52,464 bases of DNA from a virus (lineage: Duplodnaviria > Caudoviricetes): the IMG/VR virus record IMGVR_UViG_3300025653_004519, positions 1 through 52,464 of that record. One strand, written 5' to 3'. The notes under the pieces are model-generated. The model did no database searches. It worked only from the letters and a program-made list of their open reading frames with translations, and was not told the DNA's origin. Of the stretch, positions 46,334-52,464 are shown piece after piece. The stretch's first letter is position 1, and every line of letters begins with the position of its first letter. The position numbers and the translations under genes are program-made.

Positions 46334-46359
46334 AAATAAGCTTCCTATCGTTTTACTTA

Positions 46360-46368
46360 TATAAATAT
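46360..46368 (-). promoter_or_regulatory. Putative late promoter ATATTTATA heading the Hint cluster
   Basis: Repeated intergenic motif. Confidence 0.7.
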
Positions 46369-46417
46369 ACTATTTTATATTTTCAATAAATTTTAAAGGA
46401 TATTAATTTTTTATCTG

Positions 46418-46502
46418 CGGAGAGAGAGGGATTCGAACCCCCGGATGCTTTCACATCGCTGGTTTTCAAGACCAGTGCATTCGACCGCTCTGCCATCTCT
46501 CC
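46418..46502 (-). tRNA. tRNA-Ser(TGA)
   Basis: Acceptor GGAGAGA/TCTCTCC, anticodon arm CTGGT-CTTGAAA-ACCAG, long variable arm, GTTCGAATC; no encoded CCA. Confidence 0.95.
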
Positions 46503-46516
46503 TACCAAGGTATCTA

Positions 46517-46735
46517 CTATTGTTCGATAACCTTTTCTACAACTTCAGGAGTTGGTGTTTCCAATTCGGTAGTATCTGCATTTATCAAACCTTCTAACTT
46601 TACCGAATTTGAATCTGTTACAACTTCTTCTGTCATTTGTTTTTTACAAACATCACATACTTTTTTATCTTTCTTTTTGTCAGTACAACTAACAAAGATT
46701 GATGTTATAAAAAATAATACTAATAGATTTTTCAT
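46517..46735 (-). CDS. Small lipoprotein
   Basis: [17 protein letters not shown] lipobox; CxxC. Confidence 0.65.
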   Translation of the reverse strand: MKNLLVLFFITSIFVSCTDKKKDKKVCDVCKKQMTEEVVTDSNSVKLEGLINADTTELETPTPEVVEKVIEQ

Positions 46736-46755
46736 AATTAATTAATTTAAATTAG

Positions 46756-46829
46756 TGGAGGATATCGGAGTCGAACCGATGACCTCTTCGGTGCAAGCGA
46801 AGCGCTCTAGCCAGCTGAGCTAATCCCCC
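46756..46829 (-). tRNA. tRNA-Ala(TGC)
   Basis: GGGGGAT/ATCCTCC with G3:U70; CTTCG-CTTGCAC-CGAAG; no encoded CCA. Confidence 0.95.
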
Positions 46830-46852
46830 TAACTATCGTTCAATTTAATATC

Positions 46853-47215
46853 TTACATATTCATTCTTAATCTGTAAGATTCTTCTTCCATTTTTTCGAT
46901 TCGTTTTATCAACTCTTGGTTGGTAGGTGGAATCATACCTTTTAATTTAGATTCTAATTTATCTAATCTTGAATCAATAAGAGAATGAACATCCTTATCT
47001 AATTCAGTAATGTTACTAGCTAACATTTCAGCATCAGTATCTACTCTATGGTGTATATCTCTATCGAGATTTCTTACCATTCTTTCAGTATCCTCTATAT
47101 AGGATTCTAAATAATTTAATCGCTTTTTTCCATTAAGTACACCATTCACCGAATACCCCAAAAGGAATATAAAGATTGATGAGAATGCACCTATTACAAT
47201 ATAAAGTGTTTCCAT
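46853..47215 (-). CDS. Single-TM coiled-coil protein
   Basis: N-terminal hydrophobic helix. Confidence 0.6.
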   Translation of the reverse strand: METLYIVIGAFSSIFIFLLGYSVNGVLNGKKRLNYLESYIEDTERMVRNLDRDIHHRVDTDAEMLASNITELDKDVHSLIDSRLDKLESKLKGMIPPTNQELIKRIEKMEEESYRLRMNM

Positions 47216-47262
47216 AATTTTATTTTTATTTAATTAAACAATATTTCAATGAACAATAGTTG

Positions 47263-47334
47263 TAGCCCCTAGGAGAATCGAACTCCTCTTTCTAGGATGA
47301 AAACCTAACGTCCTAACCGATAGACGAAGGGGCC
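47263..47334 (-). tRNA. tRNA-Glu(TTC)
   Basis: GGCCCCT/AGGGGCT, TTAGG-TTTTCAT-CCTAG, GTTCGATTC; no encoded CCA. Confidence 0.93.
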
Positions 47335-47813
47335 AAGAGTTTCTTTTCAGAATATCTAAATGAGTATTTCAATAGATAACTGAAAAAGAAATCTCCAGCA
47401 ATAGAGTTAAGAAAGAATGGTAGTGCCATTGTATAACATAATAGAATTCCTTCTATTGTTTTTGGATAACCACCCATTAACCAAACTCCAAAGTTGGTAA
47501 TAATAAAAAAGATAAGTGATGAAATAAACACATTCTTAACCCTTATCTTTTTCCAATAAGTTCCTAATATACTAATAAGGAAGAAAGAACCATACACCCA
47601 ATAAGAGATACCATAGAAACCTAAATACACATCAGATAATCCCATTGCTATTAAAGGTAAAGAGATACCTAACCACTTATTTTTAAATGTTGTTCCACCA
47701 AATAAAGCAAGTGCTGTTATTGGTGTAAAGTTTGGTGGATGTGGTAACAACCTTACCAATACCGCCATAATAACAAATCCTATAAGTAGTAGTTCTCTTT
47801 TATTCATCTTCAT
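47313..47813 (-). CDS. Membrane protein, ECF S-component-like (DUF6580-type)
   Basis: RLLPHPPNFTPI.A.ALFGG, SD..LGF, FFIITNFGVW, YTMALPFF. Confidence 0.7.
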   Translation of the reverse strand: MKMNKRELLLIGFVIMAVLVRLLPHPPNFTPITALALFGGTTFKNKWLGISLPLIAMGLSDVYLGFYGISYWVYGSFFLISILGTYWKKIRVKNVFISSLIFFIITNFGVWLMGGYPKTIEGILLCYTMALPFFLNSIAGDFFFSYLLKYSFRYSEKKLLAPSSIG

Positions 47814-47982
47814 AATTTGTCCAATCTTTTTTTGATTTACCTTTACGAGAATAATCCTTTTTTGATTTGTGAACTTTCTCAGTAGTTTTCTTACCTATGT
47901 GATGAGATGCCTCACCATAGGTCATATCATCCCAACTTAACTTCTCTTGATGTAGGCTCTTTCTCTTCTGTTTCTTCATCAC
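47800..47982 (-). CDS. Small basic protein, ArfA-reminiscent
   Basis: KVHKSKKDYSRKGK. Confidence 0.5.
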   Translation of the reverse strand: MMKKQKRKSLHQEKLSWDDMTYGEASHHIGKKTTEKVHKSKKDYSRKGKSKKDWTNYEDE

Positions 47983-48133
47983 TTACCAATTCCATTAATG
48001 TGTTACTTCTATGTCTTAAGTATTGTTGTTCTGTCCATTCTGGTGTTCTATCAGTTATGAACTCAATATGATAAATAGTTTGTGATTGAGATTTTTCTTC
48101 TGTTATTTTATATATTAGTTTTCTCATTACCAA
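47927..48133 (-). CDS. Hypothetical protein
   Basis: ORF in the tiled array. Confidence 0.55.
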   Translation of the reverse strand: MVMRKLIYKITEEKSQSQTIYHIEFITDRTPEWTEQQYLRHRSNTLMELVSDEETEEKEPTSREVKLG

Positions 48134-48507
48134 TTACCATTATCATGTAGGGATTGAAAATGCCCTGTCTTTCTATACTCTTCGTTTTTGTGACCAAGTT
48201 CAACCCAATCATCTCCATACTTTTCTCTTGAATCAGAATAGATTTTTCTATCGTGGTATCCATCTTCTAATAAAAGGTCTTGTAGTTCATCTTCACCGTA
48301 AACTTCTTTATTAGTTTCAATGAATTCATCTTGGTTATCCCAATCGTAAACATTCGCTTGTAGATAATCCCAAAGTTCTTCTGATGTATTTCCCTCATAT
48401 GGAGGTTCACATTTTCTTAGTTTGTCAACATCAACCTCAATCGGTTCTGCTGTTGCTTCCCATAAGGTGTATTTCTCACACCTTCTTACATAAAATTTTT
48501 CACTCAT
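48127..48507 (-). CDS. Acidic hypothetical early protein
   Basis: First gene after an early promoter. Confidence 0.6.
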   Translation of the reverse strand: MSEKFYVRRCEKYTLWEATAEPIEVDVDKLRKCEPPYEGNTSEELWDYLQANVYDWDNQDEFIETNKEVYGEDELQDLLLEDGYHDRKIYSDSREKYGDDWVELGHKNEEYRKTGHFQSLHDNGNW

Positions 48508-48532
48508 TGTTTTTAATTTAAATTTATTTTTA

Positions 48533-48564
48533 CAAATATACGAATAATTTTTGAATTATCCAAA
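48533..48564 (-). promoter_or_regulatory. Bacteroidota-type early promoter
   Basis: TTTG-N20-TATATTTG, exact consensus. Confidence 0.85.
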
Positions 48565-48568
48565 TTTT

Positions 48569-49279
48569 TTATAATATTTTTTGACTTTTTGTTTCGTAGA
48601 AATCGTTTTTGGTTATAATATTATACTCTTTAATGTGGTTTATGATACATTCAGAAATGTGTTTATGTCCAGCTGAATTAAAATGTCCATCTGAAACATT
48701 TAAACTAGCATCTAATTGGAACCCATTATGAAGTTGGAGAAGATGTTCAAATCCATTTTGTAAACCAAACTTAACTACATATTTATTTCCAAGAAGTTCT
48801 TTTACTCCATCACCTAATTCAGGTAACCAAGATAGTATAACAATTTTAATCCATTTATATTTCTTTTCAAAAGATTTAATAACTAATTCAAGTTCCTTTG
48901 CATCGGTGGGAATTGCACTATCTACATTATAATGTGAAGTTTTAATATGTCTACTAGAATGTGTAAGTTGAATTACAATTAAATCTAAGTGTTCTGGTAT
49001 TATAAATTGACTAAGATTATTTAAGATATGATATATGTTCCCATTACTTCCACCATTTCCAAACTTACCAATATGATATGATTCATTAAAGTACTCTGAA
49101 ACTAATCTTGGAAAATGATGCTTTACACGATAATCATATAAATCGATAGGTAATTTTTCATTGGAATGTTTTGGTGGAATTAATTTGTTTATATCTTTAG
49201 ATGACCATCCTTTAGATTTTAACACTTCCCACTCAAGTCCCTGTCCCCAAGTAAATGAATCTCCCAAAAATAAAATCAT
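48569..49279 (-). CDS. SGNH/GDSL-fold hydrolase or acyltransferase
   Basis: FLGDSFTWG, GGSN, DGHFN..GH. Confidence 0.8.
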   Translation of the reverse strand: MILFLGDSFTWGQGLEWEVLKSKGWSSKDINKLIPPKHSNEKLPIDLYDYRVKHHFPRLVSEYFNESYHIGKFGNGGSNGNIYHILNNLSQFIIPEHLDLIVIQLTHSSRHIKTSHYNVDSAIPTDAKELELVIKSFEKKYKWIKIVILSWLPELGDGVKELLGNKYVVKFGLQNGFEHLLQLHNGFQLDASLNVSDGHFNSAGHKHISECIINHIKEYNIITKNDFYETKSQKIL

Positions 49280-50193
49280 ATTATATCTTTCTTTATATTA
49301 TTTGGTAATGTTTTTAAATAATTATATATATCAGTTTCTTCAGATAATACATCTGATAATATACTTTGATATTTAGGTTCTTTTAATTTTGCCTCTACCA
49401 ATTCATTAAGTTCTACATTTCTCCAAGAGGTTTTATATTCTGTACTCTTTATGGTTTTTTTGATATTTCTATACTTGTCCAAAACCTTTGGGTTACTTTG
49501 ATATTTTTTAAAAACCTGCTCTACATCCATTTCTCCTATATCAAGTAATTTAACTTTACTAACATCTAAAATATCTTCTTTAAAAATTTGATATAAGTTT
49601 GATAAATATAATCTTGTATGATTTAAGTTTACAACCTTTTCTTTATCTTCAACAAATGTTTTTAGGAAATCATCTAAAAGTAATTTTAGTAATTTTATTT
49701 CTAATGGCTTAAATACATGAGATGATGGTATTGTTGCCCAATCCCAATCTACACTTTGTATATCTATAAAATCATAAATCTCTTTTGGATTATCAAAGTT
49801 ATCTTCTATTATTTTAGAGTAATCTTTCTTTTTTAAAAAGTATTCATGTGAACCATCGTATCTATCAAATGAAGATATAAATTCTTGATATAATCCACTA
49901 ACAGTTCTTTTATAGGGATTTCTATAAAGCAGTATAATATCTCTATCTGATGTTTTATTAAAAGCTTCTTCAATTACTTGAACTCCTTCTTCAAAGTTAT
50001 AATCAATACTTGATTTATCATTAATTACTATTTCTAAATTATTCTTAAGTTTATCTGTGGTAGGTGAGTAATTGTAATGAAATGCTTTTCCAAAATATGC
50101 CTGAGTCATTCTTGATGCTACTTTGGGGAATGTACTAACAATACACTTATCATTATACCACAAATCACCACTTATTTTATAATTTGTTTCCAT
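49276..50193 (-). CDS. Sulfotransferase-like protein (second family)
   Basis: FPKVASR and LYRNPYKRTVSG (5' and 3' PAPS-binding motifs). Confidence 0.65.
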   Translation of the reverse strand: METNYKISGDLWYNDKCIVSTFPKVASRMTQAYFGKAFHYNYSPTTDKLKNNLEIVINDKSSIDYNFEEGVQVIEEAFNKTSDRDIILLYRNPYKRTVSGLYQEFISSFDRYDGSHEYFLKKKDYSKIIEDNFDNPKEIYDFIDIQSVDWDWATIPSSHVFKPLEIKLLKLLLDDFLKTFVEDKEKVVNLNHTRLYLSNLYQIFKEDILDVSKVKLLDIGEMDVEQVFKKYQSNPKVLDKYRNIKKTIKSTEYKTSWRNVELNELVEAKLKEPKYQSILSDVLSEETDIYNYLKTLPNNIKKDII

Positions 50194-50196
50194 ATT

Positions 50197-50565
50197 TTAT
50201 TTCATATAAAATTGTACGAACAATATTGAAACACAAAGACCCATTTGAATCCAAACTTTTCTTGTCATTTCTTGGTCAAAGAACCATTGTGTTAATACTG
50301 CATATACCATCATTCCTACTACAAATCCTAAGAATCTATTAGCCCATACCGAACCACCAAAACCATTTACTCCTAATTGAGTTGATTTAAGGAATAACCA
50401 AGTGATTGGAATAGAAGCTAAATACCAACCCCACCATTCAGGCCCAAGTTTTGGGTATTTGAATTGAAGATTGTGTTGTAACCAAGCTCCTCCTTGTGCA
50501 AAGATGAATAAGAAAGAGGCCATTAGTATTAGTTTAATGTTGATGTTATTTGGGTTAATTTCCAT
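50197..50565 (-). CDS. Four-helix membrane protein
   Basis: Hydrophobicity pattern. Confidence 0.65.
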   Translation of the reverse strand: MEINPNNINIKLILMASFLFIFAQGGAWLQHNLQFKYPKLGPEWWGWYLASIPITWLFLKSTQLGVNGFGGSVWANRFLGFVVGMMVYAVLTQWFFDQEMTRKVWIQMGLCVSILFVQFYMK

Positions 50566-51914
50566 TATAATTTTGTTCTTGTTAATTTTCCGTTTATTAG
50601 TTTAAATGAATTCCATCCTTGTTGAGTACTATACCAATCAGATGAAGCTTCTATGAGTAATTCTTTATTACCATCATTATCAATATCCCAACTCTTTATA
50701 AGGCCGGAATTGTTTGCAAAACCTTCATTTTGATTTCCCTCAAATAATTCTTCGGTTTTGTTTGTAAATACATTATCATTATTTTGAAAGTAGTTAATAG
50801 AAAAATACATATCATCTCCACTATTAACTCCATATGTTGATGTGAATAAATCATAATCACCATCATTATCCCAATCAGTAATTGATACATCAAACATACA
50901 ATCATAGTTTCTACTTTCTTCTATTGTAGTTAATGTTACAGGATTATCACTATCAAAGTATGGATACTCAGGTTTTCCATAAACAATAACACCAATATCA
51001 TTCCAACGATAATCAGGGTCTGCGTTTACATTGTTTGAGTTACCACCTGAATTTGATGTTATTAAATCTAAATAACCATCTTGATTTATATCAAAAACAG
51101 TAGATGAACATATGAATCCATTCTCATAAATGAAAGGTGTTTCTTTTTGAAAGCTTAAATCACCTTGATTAATCCATAATCTTATTTCAACAGTACCAGC
51201 AATGATATCAATTAATCCGTCTCCATTTACATCACCAAGAGTTCCACCATGATAAAACCATTGGTTACCACCAGCTTGATATGGTTCTATTTCAATAGGA
51301 AAATATCTTTTAGATGTTTCATCATATATGAAAGCATATATACCACCTGCGGGGCCATCGTTTCTTCCTTCAAAATAATATCCTGTATCATCGGAAATAA
51401 AAATTACAAAATCAGTATCTCCATCATTGTCGATATCTCCTTGAGTTATCTTTCTTCCACCACTTGGTATTCTTTTTCCATTTGGTAGTATTTCAGATAT
51501 AACATCTTTTCTTCGTTTCCATTGTGTTACTCCACCAACCGTTCCTTTATTTTCAATTATAAAAGTTTGAAAGAATTGTGAATTTGGAACATCATCGTGA
51601 AAATCCGATTGTGCATGAAAGAATACATCTTGGTCACCATCATTACCATAATCAAAGTAAGTCATTGTACCCATAGCTTGAGCATCCGAGGTTCCACCAT
51701 TTCCGTATAATTCTCTATGACCATACCAACCATCATTCCATTCGTGATTTTGAAATGAGGTTTTGTATTGTGATATAGGGGATAGTTCTGGCACTACTAC
51801 TTCGTTATTAACTTCATCTTCAATATCTATAATATCTTCCTTCTCACACGAGGTTGATAATGTTAATAATAAAAATCCTAAAATTAGGATACAATAATTT
51901 CTCCAATGTTCCAT
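50565..51914 (-). CDS. FG-GAP/VCBS-repeat lipoprotein (beta-propeller)
   Basis: LSTS-C lipobox; repeated DxxxDGxxD loops (DIDNDGDTD, DVNGDGLID, DINQDGYLD, DWDNDGDYD). Confidence 0.85.
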   Translation of the reverse strand: MEHWRNYCILILGFLLLTLSTSCEKEDIIDIEDEVNNEVVVPELSPISQYKTSFQNHEWNDGWYGHRELYGNGGTSDAQAMGTMTYFDYGNDGDQDVFFHAQSDFHDDVPNSQFFQTFIIENKGTVGGVTQWKRRKDVISEILPNGKRIPSGGRKITQGDIDNDGDTDFVIFISDDTGYYFEGRNDGPAGGIYAFIYDETSKRYFPIEIEPYQAGGNQWFYHGGTLGDVNGDGLIDIIAGTVEIRLWINQGDLSFQKETPFIYENGFICSSTVFDINQDGYLDLITSNSGGNSNNVNADPDYRWNDIGVIVYGKPEYPYFDSDNPVTLTTIEESRNYDCMFDVSITDWDNDGDYDLFTSTYGVNSGDDMYFSINYFQNNDNVFTNKTEELFEGNQNEGFANNSGLIKSWDIDNDGNKELLIEASSDWYSTQQGWNSFKLINGKLTRTKL

Positions 51915-52105
51915 GATGGTATATAATATTTAAAGTTATGTTTTACTAATATTTCGTTTATGATTTTATCTTGTAATGATTTAGAATTGCCGGTAATGAT
52001 TCTACATTGAAAACCAAAACCCTTTTGGGATTCCCTTAACACAAAATCCTCAGTTGCGAATATCGCTTCATCGTGGGTAAACCCATGCAAATCTATTTCA
52101 TTCAT
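51884..52105 (-). CDS. Stand-alone Smr-domain protein
   Basis: IDLHG, IITGNS, N.G. Confidence 0.8.
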   Translation of the reverse strand: MNEIDLHGFTHDEAIFATEDFVLRESQKGFGFQCRIITGNSKSLQDKIINEILVKHNFKYYIPSWNIGEIIVS

Positions 52106-52113
52106 AAGTTACA

Positions 52114-52145
52114 CTAATATACGAAAAATATTTGATATATCCAAA
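52114..52145 (-). promoter_or_regulatory. Bacteroidota-type early promoter
   Basis: TTTG-N20-TATATTAG with the conserved TTCG. Confidence 0.7.
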
Positions 52146-52210
52146 TTTTTTAACATTTATTTTTGTTAATAACTTTTTTTTCATTTTTTTTAAAACTCGT
52201 ATAGTTATAT

Positions 52211-52287
52211 ACTCCAGACACTCCAGACAACTTAAAACAAGACAATTTAAAAAGAAAGTAAATAACCTACTACTAAGACACTAAGAC
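52211..52287. repeat. Short tandem repeats ACTCCAGAC x2 and ACTAAGAC x2 in a non-coding region
   Basis: 52211-52228 and 52272-52287. Confidence 0.6.
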
Positions 52288-52464
52288 CGTGTCGGTTTTT
52301 TAAAAATTTTTTAAGGTCGTTCATTTAAAGATTTTTTTAAAGTCGAAGAATAAGTTTTTCAGTCGAAATTTTTTCCCTTTCTTTTTATTGATAGTATTCT
52401 CAGATGATATGCTTGTATCCAAAATATCAAAACATTTAAAGACATTAAAGGTAAAGACCATATA

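Noticed and set aside
5325-50905. Nested minus-strand ORFs (5325-5522, 34481-34741, 35924-36124, 50696-50905)
   Set aside because: Out-of-frame shadows inside well-supported genes
621-51488. Plus-strand ORFs of 60-127 aa in the track
   Set aside because: All lie antisense to longer minus-strand genes or hand-read small genes and show no recognisable motifs
52164-52172. TGTTAATAA as a DnaA box
   Set aside because: Single copy with two mismatches to TTATCCACA in very AT-rich DNA
1-52464. Stop-codon recoding, as in some large phages
   Set aside because: Genes tile tightly and known enzymes are full length in the standard code; TAG, TGA and TAA all act as stops
1-52464. CRISPR array, DGR or retron
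   Set aside because: No regularly spaced repeats or reverse transcriptase; the 60-nt repeat pair differs at one synonymous site, not by adenine-specific mutagenesis

Overview
A 52 kb, very AT-rich fragment of a large contractile-tailed (myovirus-type) phage genome. Essentially all genes are on the minus strand and tile tightly in the standard code. About 1-18 kb is a baseplate/tail module (gp6-, gp25-, spike-like proteins and a CHAP hydrolase). About 18-52 kb holds a gp55-like late sigma factor, a lytic enzyme, nucleotide, repair and host-takeover genes (thyA, metK, def, uvsE, phoH, dCMP deaminase, IscA, Hsp20, Smr), three tRNAs, and many scattered tailoring enzymes. Eight copies of a Bacteroidota-type -33/-7 promoter point to a Bacteroidota (probably flavobacterial) host. 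A second motif, ATATTTATA (11 intergenic copies), marks probable late genes. The best candidate for a new system is a late-expressed 764-aa protein with a GspS-like ATP-grasp domain and three tandem Hint domains bracketing the octapeptide IKSLPGPT. It is followed by a 47-aa ORF, two 2OG-Fe(II) oxygenases, a SET protein and a GNAT. Eight of the dispersed tailoring enzymes share a C-terminal x-x-[LI][LI] tail. Also notable are a structured ~190-nt stand-alone transcript, a deformylase with a SecA-like tail, and a double palindrome upstream of Hsp20. All family calls come from motifs recognised by eye; no searches were run.
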